Virus record (IMG/VR): IMGVR_UViG_3300012952_003943
Span: 13,003 to 77,002 of that record
Source of the DNA: a virus
Lineage: Duplodnaviria > Caudoviricetes
DNA: 64,000 nt
Reading direction: 5' to 3' (one strand)
Part shown: one piece after another, positions 37,194-46,458 of the stretch
How positions within the stretch are numbered: the first letter of the stretch is position 1
Layout: every line of letters starts with the position of its first letter
Made by a program: the position numbers and the translations under genes
The notes under the pieces: model-generated
Told to the model about the DNA's origin: nothing
The model's database searches: none
Seen by the model: the letters and a program-made list of their open reading frames with translations, nothing else

Positions 37194-38060
37194 TTAATCA
37201 GAGCTTACTGCGCGGCCCAGCATTTTTTCCCAGTCGCGATCTTCAGGCGCTCTAACTTCCATATTTTTTTGCCAGACGCCTGACAAAACCGGTGTGGGAA
37301 TATTGCTAAGTGATGCTAAAACCATCATTGCATTTAGATCTTTTGGAAAACAATGCCCTCCAAACCCTAGGCTTCCGTCAGGCCCAGGAACTGAAAGGTG
37401 TGAGTTCCCGATTCGCTCATCATACAACGCATACTCAACTACCTTGTCAAAGTCTACGTCAATACTGTCGCATATTTGCTTCATTTCATTTGCAAAGCTA
37501 ACCTTTGTGGCTAAAAAGCAGTTAATAAAATACTTGACAGTCTCTGCAACACTAGCCCCCGTCTTAACAATCGGTACCTTGGGGAATGCCTTACGATACA
37601 TCGTCTTTACCTTTGTCGATGCAGGTCGCGGGCCACCAATAATAATCCTGTTTTGATTCTTAAAGTCTTCAAAAGAGTTTGCTTCTGTCAAAAACTCAGG
37701 ATTAAATACGACTGTAACGTTTGAATATCTATAATTCAACCGATCTGTTGTACCGGGCTCGATTGTTGACTTAACCACGGCAATAATCTTTCTATTGACC
37801 CTTATGCACTCATCATTAATATCACTAACGGCTGTCTCAACAAGCCTTGTATCACACCTTCCCTCGCTATTCATCGGCGTAGGAAGGCATACGAATAAAA
37901 TCTCTTCGGTCTTAGCGATAAGTTCAGGCAAGGAATTACATGATGAGCCCTTTGTTTTGTCGATGTCATAAGTCTCGACATTAAAATAGGGACTCATTCC
38001 CTCTCTAATTGCAGAGCCAACAAAGCCCTGACCAACAATCCCAATTGACTTTCCCATCAT
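37194..38060 (-). CDS. UDP-glucose/GDP-mannose/UDP-ManNAc 6-dehydrogenase family, short form (288 aa)
   Basis: IGIVGQGFVG; FVCLPTP; VVKSTIEPGTT; FNPEFL; KYFINCFLATKVSFANE; GFGGHCFPKD catalytic Cys. Confidence 0.9.
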   Translation of the reverse strand: MMGKSIGIVGQGFVGSAIREGMSPYFNVETYDIDKTKGSSCNSLPELIAKTEEILFVCLPTPMNSEGRCDTRLVETAVSDINDECIRVNRKIIAVVKSTIEPGTTDRLNYRYSNVTVVFNPEFLTEANSFEDFKNQNRIIIGGPRPASTKVKTMYRKAFPKVPIVKTGASVAETVKYFINCFLATKVSFANEMKQICDSIDVDFDKVVEYALYDERIGNSHLSVPGPDGSLGFGGHCFPKDLNAMMVLASLSNIPTPVLSGVWQKNMEVRAPEDRDWEKMLGRAVSSD

Positions 38061-38066
38061 ATCTCC

Positions 38067-38891
38067 TTATGTGCAGTGGGGTGTATCATAATAATCACAA
38101 AATCTACATGCGTCTCTATTTTTCATAAACATTCCCCTCTTAACGGAAGAGATCATGTTTCCTACCATCTTATTTGCTTTTTCTAAAGCCTTAGGACCAG
38201 CTGATATCTTAATAAGATCACACATATTTCCTGGCTTTCCACCTCTTTTAAGCAAAATAAATCCACAACCTACATCCTTGAGAGGGATGTCATGCTTGTT
38301 TGCCCAGTACGATTTATACAGAATGATTTGCGCTTGAGTTAAAAAGTCTTGCTTTTTTCTCCTATCCCACCCGTATTGCTTTGCAGTTTTCCAGTCTAAA
38401 ATCCAGTACTTGTACGTGCCATTTTTTCTAGGGACTTTAATGATAACATCGATAAATCCCTTAAACAACATATCTTTTCCGGGGACTTTCTCATACAGCT
38501 CTTCTTCCGCCTGTACAGGCTCCCACCCGGGAAACGTTTCATCCAAAAATTTTGGCACATCATTCCACATATTTGATGCCCACGTGCACCACTCTTCAAC
38601 AGGATAATACTTGTACCATCCGGGCTGTTGCTTTACCCACTCTGGGTCGTCAAACCCATGCTTTTCCCATGCCTCGCGAATATTATCCAATAGCCTATCA
38701 CGTGGAACGCTACCAGTGTTTAGAAAGCTTTCACATCCTTCATGCACATTTGTTCCAAAATCGAGATATGGAGATGGCTTAAACATATCGATCTTGTCTA
38801 TGTGTTGTAGCTTATGCCTATATGGGCATTCTCTCCAGCACCTTACTTCCGAATATGAAACGTGCTTTTTGCCTGTTGGAAACTCACTCAT
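38067..38891 (-). CDS. PD-(D/E)XK nuclease, RecB/AddB/Cas4-like (about 274 aa)
   Basis: [13 protein letters not shown]; GTNVHEGCE; GFIDVI; ILDWKT; QIILY; C-terminal [12 protein letters not shown]. Probable ATG at 38891 overlapping the gmd stop. Confidence 0.85.
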   Translation of the reverse strand: MSEFPTGKKHVSYSEVRCWRECPYRHKLQHIDKIDMFKPSPYLDFGTNVHEGCESFLNTGSVPRDRLLDNIREAWEKHGFDDPEWVKQQPGWYKYYPVEEWCTWASNMWNDVPKFLDETFPGWEPVQAEEELYEKVPGKDMLFKGFIDVIIKVPRKNGTYKYWILDWKTAKQYGWDRRKKQDFLTQAQIILYKSYWANKHDIPLKDVGCGFILLKRGGKPGNMCDLIKISAGPKALEKANKMVGNMISSVKRGMFMKNRDACRFCDYYDTPHCT

Positions 38892-39870
38892 TATTCCTTG
38901 CCTCGAGCTTGGCATCTTCTAGATCAGCATCATACATCATTTCAGCCAACTCCTTGAATGATACCTTTGGGCTCCACCCTAACTCTTTTTTTGCTTTAGA
39001 TGAATCACCTAACAAGACTGGGACTTCATGAGGTCGCAGAAACCTCTTATCAAAACCAACATGCTCGTCGATGCTTAATCCTGCATAATCAAATACGTGC
39101 TGCAAAAACTCACGCACAGTGTGTGTTTCTCCAGTTGCAATAACATAATCATCTGGTTTATCTTGTTGCAGCATTAACCACATCGCTTCTACATAATCTC
39201 CAGCAAATCCCCAATCTCTCTTTGCATCTAAGTTCCCTAAGTAGAGCTTATCTTGTAGCCCCAACTTAATTCTGGCTGCAGCGCGAGTAATTTTTCTAGT
39301 AACAAAAGTCTCACCTCTACGAGGAGATTCGTGATTAAAAAGAATGCCACTTGAAGCATGAAGGCCGTATGATTTTCTATAGTTCCTAATAAGGTTGTGT
39401 GCAAACAGCTTTGCACATGCATAAGGTGAGGCAGGAGTCATCCTGGTTGACTCAGATTGGGGAACATTGGGGTTATCACCAAACATCTCTGAAGATGATG
39501 CCTGATAAAACCTGGCATTCGGTACAATTTCTCTACATGCCTCAAGCATTCGCAGTGTACCCATTGCAACGACATCAGCTGTTTCTTCAGGTACATCAAA
39601 TGATACCCTTACATGTGACTGTGCGGCAATGTTATATACTTCATCAGGCTTGTATTTTTGGAGCAATCTATACATGTTTCCTGAATCATGCATGCTGCCA
39701 TACGCTAATTCAAAATTAGGGTTCGAGTATATATGGTCAATCCTGTCAGTACAAAGCAATGATGTCCGGCGCTTCACGCCTACGACATAATACCCCTTGG
39801 ACAACAGTAGCTCTGCAAGGTAAGAGCCGTCCTGGCCTGTGATCCCTGTGATTAGCGCAACTCTAGACAT
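38884..39870 (-). CDS. gmd: GDP-mannose 4,6-dehydratase
   Basis: [19 protein letters not shown]; [10 protein letters not shown]; [11 protein letters not shown]; SPYACAK; [20 protein letters not shown]; [11 protein letters not shown]. Confidence 0.97.
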   Translation of the reverse strand: MSRVALITGITGQDGSYLAELLLSKGYYVVGVKRRTSLLCTDRIDHIYSNPNFELAYGSMHDSGNMYRLLQKYKPDEVYNIAAQSHVRVSFDVPEETADVVAMGTLRMLEACREIVPNARFYQASSSEMFGDNPNVPQSESTRMTPASPYACAKLFAHNLIRNYRKSYGLHASSGILFNHESPRRGETFVTRKITRAAARIKLGLQDKLYLGNLDAKRDWGFAGDYVEAMWLMLQQDKPDDYVIATGETHTVREFLQHVFDYAGLSIDEHVGFDKRFLRPHEVPVLLGDSSKAKKELGWSPKVSFKELAEMMYDADLEDAKLEARNNE

Positions 39871-40866
39871 TTAATCCTTCTTCCAGAAACTGTACAGCCC
39901 TTTCTCAATCTCATAGTCCATAGTGAGCACTTCACGATTTGGCTGTTCCATCGCCCAAGAAAACATATCTCTCATTGTATCTCGTAGATCGGTACCATCT
40001 TCAAAACCTAAAAGCTCTTTTGCCTTTGTGTGATCACAGTACGCAGTATGAACTTCATTTCGTGCCTCAAGGTACTCAATCTCTGGCTCAAACCCAAACT
40101 CTTTTGCAACATCAGCCAAAAGGTTTGCTGCTTCATTAATAGTAAAGTCCTTGTCGGCACCCAAATTAAACGTCTCTTGTGAGTGGCCATGCATTAGCTT
40201 TTCAAACGGCTCCATGTAGAACTTAATATCTGAAAATGCCCTGACTTGTGTGCCGTCACCAAAGATTGTCATTGGCTCATTATTGAGAATTTTTCTAATC
40301 CAGATACCAATTACATTCCTGTATCGATCCCAAATATTTTGATAAATACCGACAACGTTGTGCGGGCGTACAATCGAATAGTCAAGCCCAAATTGATCAT
40401 GTGCCAACGCCAAGTCCATTTCAACTGCATACTTTGCAATGCCGTAAGGATCTTCTGGGCAAGGGGTTTGATCTTCTGTAAAGGGAGGATTTCCTTCGCC
40501 GTATACAGCCATCGATGAAGTAAAGATTACTTTCTTTACGTTAGAGTTAACGCATGCATTTACTACATTTGCTGAACACAGAACATTGTTCGTATAGTTG
40601 TAATTCCTGATAAACGGTGACAAGCCTTCGGCAGCATATGCAGCAAAGTGATAGACGTACTCAGGGCGATGGGACGAAAATATTTGCTCAACCGCTGAAG
40701 CATCAAGCAAGTTGACAGGATAAAATGTAACTCTTTTATCAACACTGTCTTGGAACCCACCTGAAAGATCGTCAATTCCTACAACATCATATCCATTATC
40801 TACGAGGTATCTCGAAAAGTTTGCGCCAAGAAGGCCGGCGGCACCAGTAACTAAAACGGTTGGCAT
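39871..40866 (-). CDS. NAD-dependent sugar epimerase/dehydratase (extended SDR, GalE-like)
   Basis: VLVTGAAGLLG; FTSSMAVYG; PYGIAK (YxxxK); RPHNVVG; GDGTQVRAF. Confidence 0.9.
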   Translation of the reverse strand: MPTVLVTGAAGLLGANFSRYLVDNGYDVVGIDDLSGGFQDSVDKRVTFYPVNLLDASAVEQIFSSHRPEYVYHFAAYAAEGLSPFIRNYNYTNNVLCSANVVNACVNSNVKKVIFTSSMAVYGEGNPPFTEDQTPCPEDPYGIAKYAVEMDLALAHDQFGLDYSIVRPHNVVGIYQNIWDRYRNVIGIWIRKILNNEPMTIFGDGTQVRAFSDIKFYMEPFEKLMHGHSQETFNLGADKDFTINEAANLLADVAKEFGFEPEIEYLEARNEVHTAYCDHTKAKELLGFEDGTDLRDTMRDMFSWAMEQPNREVLTMDYEIEKGLYSFWKKD

Positions 40867-40878
40867 ATCATCTCCTAT

Positions 40879-41649
40879 CTATGAACCCTTATTGTTGATC
40901 ATATCAATCATTTGCTCAGAGTACAAATCATTTTTAGGCATAAAATCTAATATCCATGACCTGTCTTTTTCGTACTCAAGCTCAATTAAAAAATCACCCA
41001 AGTGTTTATCTACGCACACTGCAACACCCCAGTTAAAGTCATCTCTCCAAGTGCTACCACCGTTTGTAATGTGGTTACCATGAATTTGTGTCTCATTGTC
41101 CCACTCGTCAAAAGAATCAAAGGCGGATGCCCTTTTTGCATTTTTGTCCTTAGAGTATTTTTTGGCAATCATATTGAATAGGTTGGCATCCATCTTTACC
41201 TCCTGAAACTGAGATACAAAATGAGATATACCTCCGACTAGCGTTGCTTCATTACCGTTAAAGTAATCCTCATACTTGATAAAACATATGGGAGCCCCCT
41301 GGTTTGCCTCCCACACATAGCAGCGATAATCAAGCTGCCTAGCATTTGGCCGATAGAATAGCCTATATGCAGCGACCCTGAGTAGCTCTCCAGACATCCC
41401 GGTAATGCTATTTATATCAGATAACTCACCCCTCTTCACCTCAGGTGCTAGAACAGTCCTTGCATATGAACATATGACATCTCGAGGATCACGATACGTA
41501 TAAAGCTTAACACTGAGTGCATCTTGCGCATCATAGCTGTGGCTCTTTACAACATCACACCCTAGCTCTCTTAACACCTGCCAAACAAAGGTTGAACCTG
41601 ATCTTTCCATTCCGCAGACCCGAAACTTTCCGTTCCAATCAAAACTCAT
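40879..41649 (-). CDS. Sulfotransferase-family P-loop protein
   Basis: CGMERSGSTFV (5'-PSB), YRDPRDVICS (3'-PB), FIKYED. Confidence 0.75.
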   Translation of the reverse strand: MSFDWNGKFRVCGMERSGSTFVWQVLRELGCDVVKSHSYDAQDALSVKLYTYRDPRDVICSYARTVLAPEVKRGELSDINSITGMSGELLRVAAYRLFYRPNARQLDYRCYVWEANQGAPICFIKYEDYFNGNEATLVGGISHFVSQFQEVKMDANLFNMIAKKYSKDKNAKRASAFDSFDEWDNETQIHGNHITNGGSTWRDDFNWGVAVCVDKHLGDFLIELEYEKDRSWILDFMPKNDLYSEQMIDMINNKGS

Positions 41650-42572
41650 TTAACACCTCTTAAGTTAGGATAATTTTTAACCGCCCAAGCGCATGTCTTT
41701 TTCAATGCAATATCCATTTCGGTATACTGTCCTTTCCAGCCTAAGTCAACTAATCGTTGATTACTTGAGGGTTTTCTATATTGCCCACTTGGCATACTCG
41801 AATCCCAATCAATTATACCATTAAACCCTACAAAATTACACACTTTTTTTGCTATATTTTTTATTGTAATTTCGCCAGTATTTCCAATGTTAATAGGATG
41901 AATCCCGTCATATTCCCTCAAAAGAAACATGAGTATATCAGCTACGTCTTCCGCATATGTAAATTCCCTAAGAGGACTTCCATCGCCCCACAACTTTATT
42001 GATGGGGCACCTGACCTCTTTGCCTCTATTGCTTTCCTTATTATTGCAGGAACAACATGACCGTTCTCTAAATCAAAGTTGTCATTTTCACCAAAAAGAT
42101 TATTGGGAACTGCTGTTACAAAATTACACCCGTACTGTTCCCTGTATGCACGGGACTGAACGTCTAACATTCTTTTTGCATATGCATATCCAAAATTAGA
42201 CCGGTGCGGCTCACCATTATGAATCTGATCCTCAGTTAATGGATATGTCACGCTATCAGGGTATACACATGTACTCAACATAGAAACAACTTTTTCTACC
42301 TTGTACATAAGGGCAGCGTCTAAAACGTTCGTGTTGATCTGTAGGTTTGTTCTGTAAAAGTCTCCGACATAATCGGTATTTCCTTTCACACCACCCACCT
42401 TTGCTGCCAAGTGAATTATATGGGTTGGTTTATGATCTTGAAGCATCCGGATGCAATCAGAAAAGTCAGTTAGGTCGTAGCCACATGATCCTACCCTAAC
42501 AAGATTATCAGGCTCATACTTTCGAAATGCGCTGCCCACCATTCCGGTACCTCCTGTTACTAATATTTTCAT
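41646..42572 (-). CDS. fcl: GDP-L-fucose synthase
   Basis: ILVTGGTGMVG; HLAAKVGGVKGN; LSTCVYP; GYAYAKR; PNNLFGENDNF; HVVPAIIRK; WGDGSPLREF. Confidence 0.93.
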   Translation of the reverse strand: MKILVTGGTGMVGSAFRKYEPDNLVRVGSCGYDLTDFSDCIRMLQDHKPTHIIHLAAKVGGVKGNTDYVGDFYRTNLQINTNVLDAALMYKVEKVVSMLSTCVYPDSVTYPLTEDQIHNGEPHRSNFGYAYAKRMLDVQSRAYREQYGCNFVTAVPNNLFGENDNFDLENGHVVPAIIRKAIEAKRSGAPSIKLWGDGSPLREFTYAEDVADILMFLLREYDGIHPINIGNTGEITIKNIAKKVCNFVGFNGIIDWDSSMPSGQYRKPSSNQRLVDLGWKGQYTEMDIALKKTCAWAVKNYPNLRGVK

Positions 42573-42573
42573 T

Positions 42574-43107
42574 CTAACTCCCTACATACTGCTCAAAAGA
42601 CTGTGCTGATGAATCTTTTTCAGACATTATTATGCGTATATCTTTCCACTCAATCGCTAAGCTCTTATCACATGCATGAATCGAGTGCTGATCAGCTGGA
42701 TCATATTTCTCAGTCACCCTATACAAAAATACTGTTGGGCTTTCTAGCGCTTGGAAGCCATGGGCATAGCCAGGTGGCACCCATAGCATACTTCTTTTTT
42801 TGTCATTGAGATCAAAATAGTACTTCTTGCCAAACGTTGGGCTTTTCTCCCTGATATCAACTACAACATCAAGTGCGCTGCCGGCAACAACTGTCATTAA
42901 TTTTCCCTGAGGTGCATTTTTTTGAAAGTGCATACCCCTAATTGTCCCTTTTTTAGAGACAGACATATTTTCTTGAACGAAAGTAATCCCTCTTTCACAA
43001 AACCATTCAGATAGCTCGCTGTTATAAAGCTCTAAAAACTGCCCCCTGTTATCAGTGTATACTCGAGGAAAAAACTCGAACAAATTATCATGCCGTACTA
43101 TTTTCAT
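42574..43107 (-). CDS. rmlC: dTDP-4-dehydrorhamnose 3,5-epimerase
   Basis: DNRGQFLE; QENMSVSKKGTIRGMHFQ; DVVVDIREKSPTFG; WVPPGYAHGFQAL. Confidence 0.95.
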   Translation of the reverse strand: MKIVRHDNLFEFFPRVYTDNRGQFLELYNSELSEWFCERGITFVQENMSVSKKGTIRGMHFQKNAPQGKLMTVVAGSALDVVVDIREKSPTFGKKYYFDLNDKKRSMLWVPPGYAHGFQALESPTVFLYRVTEKYDPADQHSIHACDKSLAIEWKDIRIIMSEKDSSAQSFEQYVGS

Positions 43108-43739
43108 TACCCTATCGTCTTACAATTCTTGAAAAGTGTAAACTCAGTAAGGTCACGATATCCAAGCGGTTCACCCATGTCTTCTTGGTGCTCTGGGTAG
43201 TTTTGCATTAATGCTAAACCGTGGCTAGCCTGCTGCGGGGTCATGTACATATTCCACCCTAACATGTCAATGTCATCATCCTTATAGTACTTTTCGCTTC
43301 TTCCCTCGTACCGGGCGCGCTTAAACCATTCAACTGCCTCTATACTATCCGTTAATATCATACCACCCTTGCTTATCGACAAGGGCTTCTTGATGTGAAA
43401 TGATAGGCACATAAATGACCCGGGTATGTACATGCCTGATGTTAACCTCTTGGCTGAATCATAAATGGGATAGGGCTTTAATTGATAAATTCCGGACCAG
43501 TTGTTTGTCCTATAAGATTTGTCAAAGATCACCTCACCACCTGCATGCATAATAGACTGGGGTACGGACAGGTACGTCATCGATGGGATTGTCACCTCTC
43601 TGACTTTTAGGTATGTGCAACATAAAAATAGAGCATTTGTGCAACTATCAACAGAGACTGCATACGGAGCTCCAGCATAATCTGCAACTGACTCCTCGAA
43701 CATTTTTACAACCTCAAAAGGATTATGTAGTGACTTCAT
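43107..43739 (-). CDS. DegT/DnrJ/EryC1-family sugar aminotransferase, compact form (210 aa)
   Basis: FEESVADYAGAPYAVSVDSCTNAL; TYLSVPQSIMHAGG; YDSAKR; SFHIKKPLSISKGGMILTD (PLP Lys region). Confidence 0.85.
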   Translation of the reverse strand: MKSLHNPFEVVKMFEESVADYAGAPYAVSVDSCTNALFLCCTYLKVREVTIPSMTYLSVPQSIMHAGGEVIFDKSYRTNNWSGIYQLKPYPIYDSAKRLTSGMYIPGSFMCLSFHIKKPLSISKGGMILTDSIEAVEWFKRARYEGRSEKYYKDDDIDMLGWNMYMTPQQASHGLALMQNYPEHQEDMGEPLGYRDLTEFTLFKNCKTIG

Positions 43740-44391
43740 CTAACACCTCATATCTCAAAATAACTTTTTTATTGCCTAACAAAAAGAATGCAGGGTACTC
43801 ATCATTATCGCATATCCTGATTTCATCCCATAAATCTATTAAGGGTGTTGTAGGATCTAGCTCACAACTGCTTAGACTTCTACGCTTATGGTATGAGCCG
43901 GCACCAGTTTGATCTCTTAAGACTATGTACCCTTGCTCTAACTCGTCTAAGAATAACTGAAAGCTTTGTGATATACCGTTTTCTCTCTTTTTATTTAGGG
44001 TGTCCAAAGTATCATGCTTCAGTATTGGAACATTGACTTGGTTTATGATCTCCCCAGAATCCACTCCGCCATCTAACTTATACAGCGTTATTGTCAGGTT
44101 TTTTCTGTTATTGAGAACTGACCACTGAATCGGTGCCCAACCTTTACCTTCCGGAAGAGGTGTTTCATGAGTGCCGATTACTCCATACAGCGGCTTTGCT
44201 AGCACGCTTTCAGGAATAATATGGTATACCCCGCTTTCAAAAACTAGATCATACGTCTCATCAATATCATCTGAAGTAATATGCTGAAACTTAATACCAC
44301 GGGCTTTTAGAATTTTTGCAAAGCATGCAGAACGTGATCCCACCAGCCCTATCTTAAGATCACTTACATTTTTATCAAGCTTTACTATCAT
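43723..44391 (-). CDS. N-formyltransferase (Fmt-like, sugar N-formyltransferase type)
   Basis: GTHETPLPEGKGWAPIQW; TITLYKLDGGVDSGEII; C-terminal RICDNDEYPAFF. Confidence 0.8.
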   Translation of the reverse strand: MIVKLDKNVSDLKIGLVGSRSACFAKILKARGIKFQHITSDDIDETYDLVFESGVYHIIPESVLAKPLYGVIGTHETPLPEGKGWAPIQWSVLNNRKNLTITLYKLDGGVDSGEIINQVNVPILKHDTLDTLNKKRENGISQSFQLFLDELEQGYIVLRDQTGAGSYHKRRSLSSCELDPTTPLIDLWDEIRICDNDEYPAFFLLGNKKVILRYEVLDEVTT

Positions 44392-44392
44392 A

Positions 44393-45205
44393 TTAATCCT
44401 CCCAAACGTCTATCAAATCAATTAGGTCATCATGATGATCATCAAACCAATAAGACTTTAGGCATCCTCTATTAACTTTCCACCCATCTAATCCTGGAAT
44501 AAATGGGTTGAGGGAAGAGCCGACATCCATGTATGTATTTTCAGGCTCATTCTCAAAACATCGATGTATAGCACACTCAGATAATGAGCCGGCCGTAAAT
44601 AAAAACAGGTGATCTTTGATTTTGTTTTCGCGTATCCATGCAGGAATTTCTTCAACTAGATTAAAGTCATTACGAATGCAGTCAGGCCCAACACGAAAGT
44701 CTTTTACTACATCAAATGGAAGTTTGGATATATCACCGTTTCTAGGGCCTACGTACACAACACGTTTGCCAGAAAATAGGGGCACAATTTCTTCAATGAA
44801 CTTAGAATAGTTTCCGTTAATTAACAGGTTCGCAAATGTTAGGTGCTCAGGATCATTTCCGTAAAGTGACATTTGATTTTCAAAAGTGCATGCATCGTTT
44901 CTAGCCTTAAGGCTTTCTTTGTTCGATAGGCCTTTAAAATAATTTTTTGCCTTATATTGAAACGAGCCTATGACGGCTTCTCTTTGGTGCTGGTGCATAT
45001 CTGGAATAAAATATTTTTCTTCCTCAATCCCATGCTTTTGGAACTGAATTCCATGATCACCTATTTCATAATAGTCAGGTGCTATTACAATCTTGACACC
45101 AAACATCACCATAAGCTCCCCATCAGAAAATCTAGTATAAGCAAAGTTCTCATTGTTCTCTAGCAAAGATTTAATCTTTTCTAAGTCTTTTACCATTGTT
45201 TTCAT
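44393..45205 (-). CDS. GT-D fold-like (DUF1792-like) glycosyltransferase
   Basis: FAYTRFSDGE resembles the GT-D RFGDGE motif; LFTAGSLS..MDVGS C-terminal pattern. Confidence 0.55.
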   Translation of the reverse strand: MKTMVKDLEKIKSLLENNENFAYTRFSDGELMVMFGVKIVIAPDYYEIGDHGIQFQKHGIEEEKYFIPDMHQHQREAVIGSFQYKAKNYFKGLSNKESLKARNDACTFENQMSLYGNDPEHLTFANLLINGNYSKFIEEIVPLFSGKRVVYVGPRNGDISKLPFDVVKDFRVGPDCIRNDFNLVEEIPAWIRENKIKDHLFLFTAGSLSECAIHRCFENEPENTYMDVGSSLNPFIPGLDGWKVNRGCLKSYWFDDHHDDLIDLIDVWED

Positions 45206-45468
45206 GATAACTTCCTAGCATTTTCAGAGACTATTTGGAGCTCATATAATAGCTCAGAAGATTTAAGCTCTGTCTCTATCTCATTGTCAGGAACATTTTT
45301 AAGCAATGTTACCCTTGCAACATGCATATTCATTCTGACACACAGGCCGTCATAATCTGATAGCTTATATGTTTTAAACTCGTGTGACATTTGTAAGAGC
45401 CTGGTGAAATAAGGAATATTGGAGATTTTTTCCTGGATTTGATTAACAAGGACATCAAGTGGCATCAT
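45202..45468 (-). CDS. Hypothetical protein (88 aa)
   Basis: Fills the gap exactly, with an ATGA overlap downstream and GGAG upstream. Confidence 0.6.
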   Translation of the reverse strand: MMPLDVLVNQIQEKISNIPYFTRLLQMSHEFKTYKLSDYDGLCVRMNMHVARVTLLKNVPDNEIETELKSSELLYELQIVSENARKLS

Positions 45469-45471
45469 TTT

Positions 45472-46458
45472 TTAAAGCTCCTTTAAGTATTTGACGATAT
45501 GATCTGCAGCGCGGCCATCACCATACGGACAATTTGAACCAACAATAAAGTCATCGCGGACTGAGTTGAATATATCTTTTAGCATTTCTGGTTGAGGACA
45601 CAAAAAGCTAGATGTGCCTATGGACTCTGTCCTCTCTGTTACAGAGCGGCATACTATTACCTTCTTTTTTAGAAAAGAGCATTCCTCTTGAAGGCCGCCG
45701 CTATCAGAAATTACAACCCTACAATTTGCCAGCATATCCAAAAACTCAGAGTGCTGAAGCGGGCTAATAACATTAACACCCTTAAGTAGTGCCCTGTGCT
45801 TTTTCACATTAGGATTAGGGTGGATTGGTAATATGAACTGAAGGTCAGGATTTTCAAGAGCTAGCTGAGATATGCACTTGAACCAGCGATCCATCATATG
45901 ATGATTTTCTCTTCTATGCAAGGTTATTATGACATCATTATTATATGACGTCGTGATGTCAGTTAAGTTATCCAAGACAGTATTTCCGACAACCACTGTT
46001 TTGCCTAACGCTCCCTCATCCTTTAATACTTGCTGATTCTCTTGGGTTGCACATAAATGAATATCTGCAATTCGAGATATGCACTGCCTATACACCTCTT
46101 CTGGGTATGGGTTATCTTTATCCCAGGTTCTTAGCCCTGCCTCGAGATGAATGACCTTAATCCTGCGATGGAAAGAGGCTAGTGCTAGAGAAAATGCAGA
46201 TGCCGTATCACCTTGTACTAGGGTATGTGTAACCCCATCAAATACTTCATCTGGCAAGTTAAGTTGAGATGCTACAATGCTGTCAAGGCGGTGGCTTCCA
46301 TTCTGGATCGGAACTTTAAAATCGTGCGGAAACTTGCATAAGTCTTCATGTTGGCCGGTAAACAATACTCGGTACTCGATTTCACCCTTAATCTTTTCAA
46401 TAACAGGGCTGATCTTGATATACTCTGGACGTGTACCATATGATAGCAATATTTTCAT
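45472..46458 (-). CDS. wecB: UDP-N-acetylglucosamine 2-epimerase (non-hydrolysing type)
   Basis: GTRPEYIK; LVQGDTAS; HLEAGLRT; ITLHRREN; SDSGGLQEE. Confidence 0.92.
   Translation of the reverse strand: MKILLSYGTRPEYIKISPVIEKIKGEIEYRVLFTGQHEDLCKFPHDFKVPIQNGSHRLDSIVASQLNLPDEVFDGVTHTLVQGDTASAFSLALASFHRRIKVIHLEAGLRTWDKDNPYPEEVYRQCISRIADIHLCATQENQQVLKDEGALGKTVVVGNTVLDNLTDITTSYNNDVIITLHRRENHHMMDRWFKCISQLALENPDLQFILPIHPNPNVKKHRALLKGVNVISPLQHSEFLDMLANCRVVISDSGGLQEECSFLKKKVIVCRSVTERTESIGTSSFLCPQPEMLKDIFNSVRDDFIVGSNCPYGDGRAADHIVKYLKEL

Noticed and set aside
38067-38891. CRISPR-Cas system suggested by the Cas4-like gene
   Set aside because: No repeat-spacer array, cas1, cas2 or effector genes are visible in the window.
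43107-43739. Pseudogene or frameshift explanation for the short DegT and dehydrogenase genes
   Set aside because: Neighbouring genes abut or overlap, leaving no room for a frameshifted remainder, and catalytic motifs are intact.
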